From NCBI GenBank assembly GCA_963765765.1, contig CAVXYC010000019.1, forward strand, positions 256,001 through 320,000: DNA of 64,000 nucleotides. The letters run 5' to 3'. Source of the DNA: an uncultured Chloroflexia bacterium (lineage in GTDB: Bacteria; Chloroflexota; UBA6077; JACCZL01). Below, one piece after another: positions 31,019 to 41,773 of the stretch. Within the stretch, counting starts at the first letter, position 1. Every line of letters begins with the position of its first letter. The notes under the pieces were generated by a model. It searched no databases, was not told where the DNA came from, and saw only the letters and a list, made by a program, of their open reading frames with translations. Position numbers and translations under genes: made by a program.

Positions 31019-32546
31019 GTGCTTGAGGCTGGCCTAGACGCGGCAATGCGCTTTGGCCAGCCATGGGTCTTCGCCGGCCTCGTCTTCGGCGTTGCCTGCG
31101 GCCTGATCTCGGGCGCCCTGCCGGCGGGTGCGAATCTGCCGGTGCTCGTCGTTATGATGGGCTTCGCGTTCCAGCTTGATCCGTTCGTAGCGGTTGCCGT
31201 TGTCATCGGCAACCTGGCGGTCAACGGGACCACCGATCCCATCCCGTGCATCCTGATGGGGATTCCTGGCTCATCCGTGGCGCAAGCCACCGTGTTGGAC
31301 GGCTATCCGATGGCCCGGCGAGGCGAGGCTGGCCGGGCGCTTGCCGCGGCCTACATGGCCTCGCTCATCGGCGGGGTCATCGGCGCGATTGCGCTGTTGG
31401 CTAGTCTGCCGATCGCACGCGAGGTCCTCAAGATGTTCGGCTCGGCTGAGTTTTTCATGCTCAGCTTGTTGGGTATTGCCATCGTTGGAATCGTTAGTAG
31501 CGGCGCATTTACCAAAGGCTTGCTGGCCGCGTGCGCTTGGACTAACTCTGGCAATGGTTGGCTCGGATCCGGTCCGCGGCGTGCCACGGGCGACGTTCGG
31601 GATCGAGCATCTGTTCAACGGTATCAACATCATCCCCGTTGTTGTTGGCTTGTTCGCCATTCCAGAACTACTCAATCTGGTGATCGGTGGTACGCCCATC
31701 GCTCAAGCCGACCTGGATAAAGCGCTCAGCAATGTGAACAAGGGCCGAAAGCAGGGGATCATGGACGTGCTCCAGCACAAGTGGCTGGTCATGCGCTCTT
31801 CTCTTGTTGGCGTGTTCATAGCCATGCTGCCGGGGGTGGGTGGCTCAGCCGCGCACTGGATGGCCTATGCCCAGGCGCGCCAGACAGAGAAGAATGGCAT
31901 AAAAACGTTTGGCACGGGCGATGTGCGTGGCGTAATTGCACCTGAGAGCGCCAACAACTCAATCGATGGTGGCCATCTGATTCCGACCCTCACGTTCGGC
32001 ATTCCGTCGAGCGGCGGTATGGCGCTGTTGTTGGCGTTCCTGATCCTCCTGGGCTTCCAGCCGGGGCCGACGATGCTCACCCGCGAACTAAATCTCGTCG
32101 TGTTCATGGTGTGGTGTCTGGTCGTCGCGAACATCATTGCCACCATGGTTGCCCTGTGGTTCACTCCTACATTGGCGGCGATCGCAATGGTGCCACCGAA
32201 CGTGCTGCTACCGGTCATCCTGCCACTGCTCGTGCTGTCCACGGTGATGGGAACGGGTCAGCTGGAAAACTTGTGGGTGGTAGCGTTCTTCGGGGCGTTG
32301 GGCTGGTTCATGAAGCGCTATGGCTGGCCGCGGCCGCCCATCCTGATTGCCATTGCGCTGGCTCGCTCGCTCGAGAAGTATCTGTCACTGTCTATGAACA
32401 CCTACGGGGGGGAGATGTTTCTCCGGCCACAGGTTCTGGCAATCATCGTCCTGGCGATTCTCGCCGTGTGGTACACACTGCGGCTGCAACGGAATACTGC
32501 CAGGGATGCGGCTGAGGTCGCGCACGGGGAGGTGGCGGTAGGGTAA
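31019..32546 (+). CDS. tctA: second TctA permease; frameshift ~31535
   Basis: GIPGS..QATVLDGYPMA..GEAGRAL, GDVRGVIAPESANNS, GFQPGP; SD GAGGAGG before GTG. Confidence 0.9.
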
Positions 32547-33087
32547 TGAGCGACCAGCCCAAGGCCACCGCGATTGCCCCAGCGGCGAGACGATCGAACA
32601 CTGAGCGGGTGCTCGAAGTCCTGCTCATGGTGTTCTGCGCGGCTGATATTCGTTTTCATGCTTGCAGAGTCGATGAAATGGAGCGCCGGCGTGGCCCTGC
32701 TTCCTCGGATAGCGAGCGCGTTCGGTCTGGTCGTGCTCAGGTTTACGCGGTGCAGCGATTCCGGCCGCACAGAGGCCAGGGGCAGATCATGGACATGGGG
32801 TTCGATGAGGAAGGCCTAGAGAGGTCGGCCGTCATCGAGCGCACGCTTCGCTTCGTATTGACCACGGCGGCCTTTTTCGCCGCGCATCTGGCTATTCGGC
32901 TTCCACGTGACCGTCCCGATCTACATGGTGCTATATCTGGTGGTCTATGGAAAGGTGCGATGGTGGGCCGCGGTGCTCTCCGCGCTAGCCTTCCTGTTAT
33001 TCATGATCGCGGCCTACGATATCGTTATACGTAGCACCTGGCCGGAGCCCGTTGATCCGCTTGCCGCTACCCGGTGTTCGGTATTGA
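32546..33087 (+). CDS. tctB: second TctB-like membrane subunit; multiple frameshifts, end approximate
   Basis: pieces VALLPRIAS, IMDMGF...RTLRF, TVPIYMVLYL...WPEP in three frames downstream of tctA. Confidence 0.65.
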
Positions 33088-33129
33088 CAACATTCATCGA
33101 ACGATGCACGCCTCGAGAGGAGCACAGTC

Positions 33130-34478
33130 GTGACGGTAACTGATCGATCGCTGCGAAGTCTCGTTGATATGGACGCGGGGCTGGTAAGTCGCGAGATCTA
33201 CGTCAACGAGGACATCTACAAGCAGGAGCTGGAGCAGGTGTTCGCGCGTGCCTGGCTGTTCATCGGCCACGAGAGCCAGGTGCCCGAACCCGGGCGACTT
33301 CGTCATCTCTCGCATGGGCGAGGAAGAAGTCATCCTCGTGCGCGATCGGAAGAAGGAGCTGCACGTCTTCCTGAACACCTGTCGACATCGCGGCATGAAG
33401 GTATGCCGCTACGACGATGGCAATACGCTGGTGTTCACCTGCCCGTTCCACGGCTGGAGCTACGACACCGACGGCCGTCTCGTCGGCGTGCCGTACTACG
33501 ACGCGGCCTACAAAGGCGACATGGACAAGAAGGAGTGGGGCCTGCACGAAGTCGCTCAGATGAGCAACTACTACGGCTCGATCTGGGCTACCTGGGACCG
33601 CAAGGCACCGCCGTTCGAGGATTATCTCGGTCCATTTGCGCCGTGGGTGCGGCGTTGCTTCCAGAGCTCTGACGGGAACGACAACGGCGTCGAGCTGTTC
33701 AAGCCCGCCTACAAGTGGCGCATCCCGACGAACTGGAAGTTTCCCGGCTTCAGCTTTGATGGCGACAGCGCCCACGGCGCCATGACCCACCGCTCGGTGA
33801 ACGTGGCGGCCATCGGCCCGCAGGGTGAGCGCCGAAGGCGGCAGCCGCAGCGGCATGAGCAATCCGTTCCCGCGGACGAGCTACGAGATGTCCAGTCCCG
33901 AGCTCGGCCATGGCGGGCACAACCCCATCTACGAGCTCCCGGGCGTGCCACCGTATGTGGATACCTGGTTTACGGTGCCCGGTGTGGACGACTACTACCG
34001 CGAGACGCGCGGGAGATCGCGGCCAAGAAGTTCGAAGGGCCAGTACCTGCATGGCGGTACCTGCCTGGTCTGGCCGAATGTCAACATCCAGCCGCACCGC
34101 ATCCTGCATCTGGCATCCGCACGGCGTGGGCGTGACCGAGAGCTGGCGGCAGTATCCCGTCGACCGGGATGCGCCCAAGCTGGTCAAGGACGCACAGCGC
34201 CGCTACATGATGCGTTACGGCGGACCGGCCGGCCTGACCGAGTCGGACGACATGGAAAACTGGAACTACGCGTACCCGGCCAGCCTCGGCACATCGCCCA
34301 GCGGCTGCCGTACAACTTCCAGATGGGTGCTGCATCACGAGTTCGACAGACGAGCGGGTGCCAGGCATCACGCTCAACTATCGCATCGCCGAGGAGAATC
34401 AGCGCTCGCGGCTCAAGCGCTGGCTGGCAGTTTATGGAAGCCGGGAGCTGGGACGAGATTTTCCCGGTGAAGAAGTGA
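33130..34478 (+). CDS. aromatic ring-hydroxylating dioxygenase alpha subunit (BphA/HcaE-like); several frameshifts
   Basis: ELEQVFARAWLFIGHESQVP, NTCRHRG...CPFHGW, NWKF...DSAHGAMTH, ESDDMENW. Confidence 0.88.
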
Positions 34479-34529
34479 GATGCCGTTGATGTTACCTGCG
34501 TCCAACGGCTCTCTGGAGAGAAGTTCGCC

Positions 34530-34771
34530 ATGCCTGATGAAACGCCCTCGAAGGCCGAAGACTTGATGAACATCAACGACACGGTGATCCTGCGGAATCT
34601 CCCTGTGGGTACCAAGGTCGAGCATTCGTGGTGGCGCCGTGGCTGAAGTTACTGCCAACCCCCAGGACGGCGGGTGGATCTACGTGAAGTTTCTGGAGTC
34701 TCCCGCGGACCCGTCCAAAGTCGGCGAAGAGGAGCTCGTTTTTTGCACGGAAGTCGTTGAGCGTTGTCTAG
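34530..34771 (+). CDS. small hypothetical protein between the dioxygenase alpha and beta genes; frameshift ~34620
   Basis: MPDETP...LRNLPVGTKV/SIRGGAVAEVTANPQDGGWIYVKF...EELVFCTEVV; GGAG upstream. Confidence 0.55.
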
Positions 34772-34794
34772 CTCAGTTCGAGGAGGTCCCAGTC

Positions 34795-35340
34795 GTGACG
34801 CTGTCGACTAGCGCGAGGGAGGAGCTCCTGGAGCGGCTGCTGCTGGAGCGTGAGATCGAGCAGTTTCTGTACATGGAGGCGGAGCTCCTGGACGAGCGCC
34901 GCTTCAGCGAATGGATCGAGCTCATAGCGGAAGACATCCACTACCACATGCCCATTCGCCGAAACGTAAAGTTCGGCGAGCAGCATCGCGAGAATACCGA
35001 CCCCGAGTCAGAGATCTCATGGTTCGACGAGGGCAAAGCCACGCTGGCCGGCCGCGTGCGCCAGCTCAATACTGGCATTCACTGGTGCGAGGAGCCGTTC
35101 TCGCGCATCCGCCACATCGTCTCCAACGTTCAGGTTACGGACGTGCAAGGCGACGAGGTCAAGGTGCGCTGCCGCTTCTTCGTCTACCAGAATCGGCTGG
35201 CCGACGAGCAGAACTTCTTCATTGGCAAGCGTGAAGACGTTCTGCGGCGAGACGCCGAGACCGGCTGGAAGATCGCCAAGCGCACGATCATCCTGGACCA
35301 GAATGTGCTGCTCTCCAAGGTCCTCAGCACGTTCTTCTAG
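34795..35340 (+). CDS. ring-hydroxylating dioxygenase beta subunit
   Basis: EIEQFLYMEAELLDERRF.EW, HWCEEPFSRIRH, GKREDVLR, ILDQNVL; SD GAGGAGG at 34780 before GTG. Confidence 0.92.
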   Translation: MTLSTSAREELLERLLLEREIEQFLYMEAELLDERRFSEWIELIAEDIHYHMPIRRNVKFGEQHRENTDPESEISWFDEGKATLAGRVRQLNTGIHWCEEPFSRIRHIVSNVQVTDVQGDEVKVRCRFFVYQNRLADEQNFFIGKREDVLRRDAETGWKIAKRTIILDQNVLLSKVLSTFF

Positions 35341-35416
35341 TGATGAGTAAGAAGTCATGAGTATTGAGAGCCAGCGCAATCGTCACTCATCACTCAGCAC
35401 TCATGACTCATCACTT
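35341..35416. repeat. inverted heptamer tandem-repeat array
   Basis: tgatgagt..agtcatgagt ... tcactcatcactcagcactcatgactcatcac. Confidence 0.75.
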
Positions 35417-35419
35417 CGT

Positions 35420-35731
35420 GGTGAGTGGCGGACAGGCAATGGTTCTGATGTGGTGCTCATTGTCGACGAAGATCAGAACCGCGTTCGCGATGTGTTTCTG
35501 GCGACGCCGGGCCTGCTCAGTAAGCTGCTGACGACACCAGGGGATTTCCAGTCCTGGAGAAGCGATCTCTCTGTCAGTAGAGATCGTGAGGACCCATCAG
35601 TATGGGGTGATCTCGTGATTGCCCGCGCCGCCAACGGCCAGGTCATCACCATGGACCCCGGTCGGTTCTGGGAAGGCGTCTACGATTGGTTTCGCTCGCG
35701 CGGCGTGGACTACGACACTCCCGGTCAGTGA
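35420..35731 (+). CDS. hypothetical protein (start uncertain)
   Basis: protein-like stretch DVVLIVDED...WGDLVIARA...FWEGVYDWFRSRG; the ORF-track start lies inside the heptamer repeat. Confidence 0.5.
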   Translation, partial: GEWRTGNGSDVVLIVDEDQNRVRDVFLATPGLLSKLLTTPGDFQSWRSDLSVSRDREDPSVWGDLVIARAANGQVITMDPGRFWEGVYDWFRSRGVDYDTPGQ

Positions 35732-35780
35732 CCGCTCGTCGCATGGAGTGAGTGCTGAAGCACTCACTCCATGCGGTAGG

Positions 35781-37751
35781 CTAGTTCTCGGGCTTGATCT
35801 CCGCCAGAACGGCACCTGCCTGTACCTGAGCCCCCTCTGAAACATTGAGCTTGGCAAGTTTGCCCGTCCCCGGGGCCGTCACGACGTGCTCAATCTTCAT
35901 GGATTCGAGCACCAGGAGCGGCTGACGCTCGGTGACCGAATCGCCAACCGTAACCTGAAGTTTGACGACGCGCCCGGGCATTGGGGCTGTCACTGTGCCA
36001 TCATTAACGGCAATTGATGAGTCAGCCCTGATCGCGTCAGGCGGTCTCGCAGGCGTTACGTGATAGGAACGATTCTTCCAGTACACCAGCAAGCGCCCGT
36101 CTGCTTTGCGGGTGACCTTCGCAACGTTTCCATCGATTGAGACGGTACGGACGTCCAGTGTCTGCGCCTGGATGAGATTGCCGCTGGACTCGATGTCCCA
36201 GGTGGCGCTGCCCGGATGCCGGAGCGTGACGCAGGACGTAATTTCCCCTGCTCGCTGCCATAGGAGGAGCCTCGGCGTTCCAGCCTGGCGCCATGTGGAT
36301 CGATCCTGCCACACGTCATTCGATCCCTCGAGCGATGATGGAGCGGCAGCAGAGATAGCGGTGACTGCCGCGAGCACTTCAGGCGGCTGCTCCAGCAGAC
36401 CTTCAACGATCTCGTGCTCCTCCAGGAACCCGGTGTGCAGATCGCCGGCCTGAAACGCGGGATGTTCTGCGATGGTTAACAGGACATCCAGATTTGTTCG
36501 TGGTCCGCTTATCGAGCATTCAGCAAGGGCTTGGCGCAGAAGCGCGACGGCATCTGTTCGATCTCTTGCCCAGACGATCATCTTCGCCAGCAGTGAGTCG
36601 TAGTAAGGCGTGATCATACTGCCCACGTCGAAACCGGCGTCGATCCGGATGGAACCCTTTATCGCCTCGGGCAGCGACCACCCAGTGATCTCTCCAGTGG
36701 AGGGCAGAAACCCGCTCAGGGGGTCTTCAGCGATGATCCGCGTCTCAATCGCGTGACCGTTGATCTCGATGTCAGTCTGCCTGACGGGCAGCGGCTGTCC
36801 GTCAGCCACCTGAAGCTGTAGCTCGACGAGATCGAGGCCTGTCACCATCTCAGTAACCGGGTGCTCCACCTGAAGGCGGGCATTGAGCTCCAGGAAGTAG
36901 AAGCTGCCAGAGTCATCGAGAATGAACTCCACTGTCCCGGCGCCCTCGTAGCCAGCCGCGCGAGCAAGGGCGATGGCTGCAGCCCCCATACGCTCGCGCA
37001 GATCAGCATCGACAACGGGTGAAGGGCTCTCCTCCACGAGCTTTTGATGTCGCCGCTGGATACTGCATTCACGCTCGCCCAGGTGCACCACGTTTCCGTG
37101 TGTATCGCCCAAGATTTGGACTTCGACATGTCGAGGGCGGAGCACATATTTCTCCAGCAGTACGTGCTGATTGCCAAAGCTGGATTGTGCCTCGCGCTTC
37201 GCCGAGTCCAGGGCGTCCGTGAATTCGGCGGCTGACTCTACCAGACGCATGCCGCGACCGCCTCCACCAGCGCTGGCTTTGATCAGCAGCGGGAATCCCA
37301 TCTCCTGCGCGCGATGTGCGAGGTGGTTGGCGGACTGATCGTCACCGTGATAACCGGGGAGCACCGGCACATTGAGCTGCTCGGCCAGTGCCTTGGCAGG
37401 TGCTTTCTCTCCGAGCATACGCATGGCACTCGGTGGCGGACCGATCCAGATAAGCCCATCCGCTAGCACCGCGTCCGCGAAGTCGGCACTCTCTGAGAGG
37501 AAGCCGTATCCCGGGTGGACCGCCTCCGCCCCGGACTTATTCGCGATCTCAAGGATAGCCGGCTGATTGAGGTAGCTTTCCAGTGCTGGTGGCGGGCCGA
37601 CGCGATACGCCTCGTCCGCGTGCCGCACGTGTAACGCATCTCGGTCCGCATCAGAGTAGATTGCGATCGTCCGAATACCGAGCTTTCGGCACGTGCGCAT
37701 GACGCGAATCGCGATCTCGCCGCGATTGGTGATGAGGACGGAGCGGATCAT
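35781..37751 (-). CDS. liuD: biotin carboxylase-BCCP subunit of an acyl-CoA (probably 3-methylcrotonyl-CoA) carboxylase
   Basis: NRGEIA, HPGYGFLSE, GGGGRGMR, RECSIQRRHQK, NARLQVEHPVTE, biotinyl ESMKIE. Confidence 0.9.
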   Translation of the reverse strand: MIRSVLITNRGEIAIRVMRTCRKLGIRTIAIYSDADRDALHVRHADEAYRVGPPPALESYLNQPAILEIANKSGAEAVHPGYGFLSESADFADAVLADGLIWIGPPPSAMRMLGEKAPAKALAEQLNVPVLPGYHGDDQSANHLAHRAQEMGFPLLIKASAGGGGRGMRLVESAAEFTDALDSAKREAQSSFGNQHVLLEKYVLRPRHVEVQILGDTHGNVVHLGERECSIQRRHQKLVEESPSPVVDADLRERMGAAAIALARAAGYEGAGTVEFILDDSGSFYFLELNARLQVEHPVTEMVTGLDLVELQLQVADGQPLPVRQTDIEINGHAIETRIIAEDPLSGFLPSTGEITGWSLPEAIKGSIRIDAGFDVGSMITPYYDSLLAKMIVWARDRTDAVALLRQALAECSISGPRTNLDVLLTIAEHPAFQAGDLHTGFLEEHEIVEGLLEQPPEVLAAVTAISAAAPSSLEGSNDVWQDRSTWRQAGTPRLLLWQRAGEITSCVTLRHPGSATWDIESSGNLIQAQTLDVRTVSIDGNVAKVTRKADGRLLVYWKNRSYHVTPARPPDAIRADSSIAVNDGTVTAPMPGRVVKLQVTVGDSVTERQPLLVLESMKIEHVVTAPGTGKLAKLNVSEGAQVQAGAVLAEIKPEN

Positions 37752-37793
37752 GCAGCCTTCCCTGGGAGTAAATCGTCTTCACCCACCGGATCT

Positions 37794-37883
37794 GCTCCCT
37801 CGCCCTTTGGGAGAGGGTTGGGGTGAGGGGACACATCGGATATCCGCCCCTCACCCCAACCCTCTCCCAAAGGGCGAGGGAGC
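37794..37883. repeat. REP-like element pair, perfect 37-bp inverted repeat
   Basis: gctccctcgccctttgggagagggttggggtgagggg / cccctcaccccaaccctctcccaaagggcgagggagc. Confidence 0.9.
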
Positions 37884-37908
37884 GCAGTATGCTGCATCTA
37901 GACACTGA

Positions 37909-39519
37909 TCACATCCTGAACACACCGAATTGCGTCTCGGGAATGGCTGCGTTGAGGGCGGCTGAGATGCCGAGCCCTAGAACCATACGTGTATCGATGG
38001 GGTCGATCACGCCATCGTCCCAGAGCCGCGCGGTGGCGTAATAAGGGCTGCCCTCGGCCTCGTATTTAGCCAGCGTGGGCGCCATGAATTCCGCTTGCTC
38101 TTCGGGCGACATGCTTTTGCCTTCACGGCGTAGATTGTCCAGACGCACCTGGAGCAGGACACTGGCGGCCTGCTGTCCGCCCATCACGCTGATGCGAGCG
38201 TTGGGCCACAACCAGAGCTGGCGAGGGCTGAACGCGCGACCGCACATGCCGTAGTTGCCAGCGCCGAAGCTTCCACCGATGACCACCGTGAACTTGGGCA
38301 CCTGGGCGTTGGCCACCGCCATGACCATCTTGGCGCCATCGCGAGCCAGGCCTCGATTTTCGTATTCCTTGCCGACCATGAAGCCCGCGATGTTCTGTAA
38401 AAAGACGAGCGGGATTCGGCGCTGGCAGCAGAGCTCAATAAAGTGCGCTCCCTTCAAGCTACTCTCACTGAAGAGAATCCCGTTGTTGGCCACGATTCCG
38501 ACCGGGTAACCCATGATCCGTGCAAAGCCCGTGACCAATGTCGTTCCATAGCGCGCCTTGAATTCGTCAAAATCGCTCTCGTCGACGAGCCGCGCGATGA
38601 TCTCGCGTACGTCAAATTGCCGGCGCAGATCCGTTGGAATGACGCCGTACAGCTCAGTCGGATCATGGGTTGGCTCCCGCGCTGGCATGATCTCCCAGGG
38701 TGCGTGCTTTAATCTCACGGTGACATTGCGAAGCACCTGACGGGTGAGCCCCAAGGCATGCTCATCGTCTTCGGCGAGATAGTCCGCCACTCCAGAGATC
38801 CGGGTGTGCACGTCCGCGCCGCCCAGGTCTTCCGCGCTCACGTCCTCACCCGTGGCGGCTTTCACCAATGGCGGGCCGCCGATGAAGATCGTACCGGTGC
38901 CCTTCACGATGATCGTTTCGTCGCTCATCGCGGGAACGTACGCTCCACCCGCCGTACATGAACCCATGACGACTGCAATCTGGGCGATCCCTTTCGCGGA
39001 CATCGTGGCCTGGTTGTAGAAGATCCGGCCGAAATGCTCTCGGTCCGGAAACACCTCCGCCTGGAGTGGGAGGAAGGCTCCGCCGGAGTCCACCATGTAG
39101 ACACACGGCAGTCTATTTTGCTCCGCGACCTCCTGGAGTCGCAGATGCTTCTTTACGGTCATCGGGTAGTACGTGCCGCCTTTGACGGTGGCATCGTTGG
39201 CCACGATGGCTACCTCACGCCCGTGAACCGAGCCTATGCCGGTAATGATCCCCGCGGAAGGCGCGTCGCTTTCGTACATCTCCCACGCCGACAGCGGGGA
39301 AAGCTCCAGAAAAGGACTACCCAGATCCAGCAATCGATTGATCCGCTCGCGTGCCAGAAGCTTCCCGCGCGCTCGGTGACGGCGCACCGCCTCGTCGCCG
39401 CCACCTCGCTGAATCAGACGCGTGCGCTCAGCAAGCTCGCGTGCCAGCCCGAGGTTGTATTCGCGGGTCTCCGCAAACTCCGCGCCCGATGTGTCGATGT
39501 TACTGGACAGTCGCGCCAA
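37909..39519 (-). CDS. liuB: 3-methylcrotonyl-CoA carboxylase carboxyltransferase (beta) subunit
   Basis: [60 protein letters not shown]. Confidence 0.93.
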   Translation of the reverse strand: MARLSSNIDTSGAEFAETREYNLGLARELAERTRLIQRGGGDEAVRRHRARGKLLARERINRLLDLGSPFLELSPLSAWEMYESDAPSAGIITGIGSVHGREVAIVANDATVKGGTYYPMTVKKHLRLQEVAEQNRLPCVYMVDSGGAFLPLQAEVFPDREHFGRIFYNQATMSAKGIAQIAVVMGSCTAGGAYVPAMSDETIIVKGTGTIFIGGPPLVKAATGEDVSAEDLGGADVHTRISGVADYLAEDDEHALGLTRQVLRNVTVRLKHAPWEIMPAREPTHDPTELYGVIPTDLRRQFDVREIIARLVDESDFDEFKARYGTTLVTGFARIMGYPVGIVANNGILFSESSLKGAHFIELCCQRRIPLVFLQNIAGFMVGKEYENRGLARDGAKMVMAVANAQVPKFTVVIGGSFGAGNYGMCGRAFSPRQLWLWPNARISVMGGQQAASVLLQVRLDNLRREGKSMSPEEQAEFMAPTLAKYEAEGSPYYATARLWDDGVIDPIDTRMVLGLGISAALNAAIPETQFGVFRM

Positions 39520-39636
39520 GAAATTGTTCCCTGCTGCTCAGGCTTGGCCAAGCATACAAGCGGCGGCCGGCCCAGGGCAGGCACGCCGCTGAAATCAAAG
39601 TGGTGCTCAGGGCAAGAGCTCGCATAGCCTGACGAT

Positions 39637-40611
39637 TCATTCCATGATTCCCCATGCGCGACGTCGGGCGAGAGCACGTTCGAGGTTGGATGCATCGATC
39701 ACCGGCGCGGGTAGGATGATCTCCTGCCGCTCCAGGCGCTCGCCGTTGAGGTGTCGCACCGCGAGCTCCATGGTGAGCTCGGTCATTTCGTACACGGCGT
39801 AGTCAAACGTCGCGGACAGCGCGCCGCGCTCCAGGGCCCGCAGACCGTCGGGCGTGCCATTGACGCCAACTACCGTTACATCCGCAAGCCTGCCGGCGGC
39901 TTCCAGCGCGTCGATCGCGCCTATCGCCATCTCATCGTTGAGCGCCACGATGGTGTTGAGGCCAGGAGCGTCCCGAAGCATCTGCGTGGCGAGCTGTCTA
40001 GCTTGACCGCGATCGTAGTTTGCCGACTCGGCGGCCAAAACTGTCATCTCGGGGTGAATCTTTAGCTCGTCACCTATACCGCGCATTCGATCCTGGCCGG
40101 TGATCCCTGCGCGGATGCCTTCGATGATGACTGCTCGAATGGGCTTGTCTCGATGCTGACCGAGCCACTGAACGATCTGTCTGCCGATGGTGTAATCATC
40201 CCCACCAACGTATGTGACGATCTCCCCACCGGCCACGCGACTTCCAATGTTGTATACAGGTAGTCCCGCGGCGTTCATCCGCTCCACCAGGTCCACCTGA
40301 CGTCGGTAGTCCGCTGGCGCAAACACAATGCCGTCCAGATCGCCCGCCCGCATCGCATCGTCTACAAGGCCGCTCTGCTCATCGTGATCGTCTGGAACGG
40401 TTGGCGCCAGTATCGTGATCCGCAATCCGAATCGAGCTGCCGCGTCATCGGCGGCCTTGGCTGCTGACACCCAGGCCGGATTGGTTCTGTTCTTTATAAC
40501 CACCGCCAGATGGTGAGGCCGGTGTGCCCTTAGCTCATTGATCGTCTCGGCGGGCAAATCGCCGGTGACGGACGTGAATTGAGGTCCAGACTGCGCGGAA
40601 TCGGTGAGCAT
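39637..40611 (-). CDS. RbsB-like periplasmic-binding-protein fold protein without an evident signal peptide
   Basis: KNRTNPAW, DGIVFAP, ANYDR, ALNDEMAIGA, VGVNG; SD GGAGGA before ATG 40611. Confidence 0.8.
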   Translation of the reverse strand: MLTDSAQSGPQFTSVTGDLPAETINELRAHRPHHLAVVIKNRTNPAWVSAAKAADDAAARFGLRITILAPTVPDDHDEQSGLVDDAMRAGDLDGIVFAPADYRRQVDLVERMNAAGLPVYNIGSRVAGGEIVTYVGGDDYTIGRQIVQWLGQHRDKPIRAVIIEGIRAGITGQDRMRGIGDELKIHPEMTVLAAESANYDRGQARQLATQMLRDAPGLNTIVALNDEMAIGAIDALEAAGRLADVTVVGVNGTPDGLRALERGALSATFDYAVYEMTELTMELAVRHLNGERLERQEIILPAPVIDASNLERALARRRAWGIME

Positions 40612-40856
40612 GCTCTCCTCCCGAGCGATCATAGCGCCAGGGACCGCCGACATTTGGTCTAACAGGTCCCGAGTTGGCCAGTCTCCAGCCAGCAATTGAT
40701 CTTGGTTGGCTTCTCACAAATGAGGCGCACGCGTCCTAGCGGCGTATGCTGAGGTTGCAGTCTGCGTGCGGTTGGAATGGAGAAGGAACGAGTCACGAAT
40801 CGGTACGCGATCCAGGGGATCGAACGAGGTCTTTGGGCGTGACTGGAGGTGCCAAC

Positions 40857-41645
40857 ATGTCGGTACACGCGTACGTATCTCAGGAATCGCGTCGTGTCGA
40901 TTGGCTACCGCGCTCCGTGTTGGCTGGTTTTATTGCCAGCGTTCTTATGGTGATCGCGTTCTTCATTGCTTATGGCGTGGCGATTATCCTGGGTACGGTC
41001 ACACTGGCGAACCGCCGGGGAGCAGAGGAGTTTCAGGGCTGGCTGGTTGCGCTGACTCACAATTCATTGATCGACATCGCGAGCGTCACACTATATGCGG
41101 CGGGAGCGATGCATCTGTCCGTGGGTGTCGTGCTAGCACTTGTCTATGGCGCGATCGCCGAGCCGCGATTGCCTGGAGCCGGATGGGTCCGCGGAATACT
41201 GTTTGCAATGATTCCGTGGCTGCTGTCATTGACCGTAGCGTTTCCAATTCTCAACGCCGGAATGTTCGGACTGGCCCTGGGTGCGGGGCCGCTGCCGGCG
41301 ATAGGGAATCTCGCATTGCACCTGATCTACGGGGCGAGCCTGGGAGCGATCTACGGTCCGCTCGGTGATCTTCCGGCGGATTCATTCTCTGTTGATGAGC
41401 CGCGGGACGATAGGGAGACCACCGCGGCCCTCGAGCGCGCCGGTGCAGTGGGGGTGATGCTGGGAGGTGCAATTGGCGCAGCGATCGGGGCTCTTGGAAC
41501 TGCCCTACCAGGCGCCCTACCTCCGTCAGGTGGGATGGCTCCAGCCTTCGCACTGGTGTTTGGAGGAGCGATACTCGGAGCCGCCTTCGGCGCAGCGGTC
41601 GCCCCCTTTCTCAGCGAGGACCGACCTCAAGCTCCGACCCGTTAG
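40857..41645 (+). CDS. multi-pass membrane protein (DUF1440/DUF6789-like)
   Basis: about six TM helices with H-x3-G motifs (MHLSVG, LHLIYG); SD GGAGG upstream. Confidence 0.7.
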   Translation: MSVHAYVSQESRRVDWLPRSVLAGFIASVLMVIAFFIAYGVAIILGTVTLANRRGAEEFQGWLVALTHNSLIDIASVTLYAAGAMHLSVGVVLALVYGAIAEPRLPGAGWVRGILFAMIPWLLSLTVAFPILNAGMFGLALGAGPLPAIGNLALHLIYGASLGAIYGPLGDLPADSFSVDEPRDDRETTAALERAGAVGVMLGGAIGAAIGALGTALPGALPPSGGMAPAFALVFGGAILGAAFGAAVAPFLSEDRPQAPTR

Positions 41646-41709
41646 CGCGAGGCGTGGCAATGGCTGACTAAGCCAATACGCGACCTCGAAGTACGTCTGA
41701 CCCTACGAA

Positions 41710-41773
41710 GACGGGTTTTCCAGCCCGTAACCAAGTTTACGAAGCTGGCGTAGGGCTGGAAGGCCGTCGCTAC
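41710..41773. repeat. degenerate REP-like doublet related to the 6286 family
   Basis: gacgggttttccagccc / gggctggaaggccgtcgctac. Confidence 0.5.

Noticed and set aside
34639-35340. N-terminally extended dioxygenase beta subunit
   Set aside because: A strong SD and GTG at 34795 define a normal-length beta subunit; the extension belongs to a separate small gene
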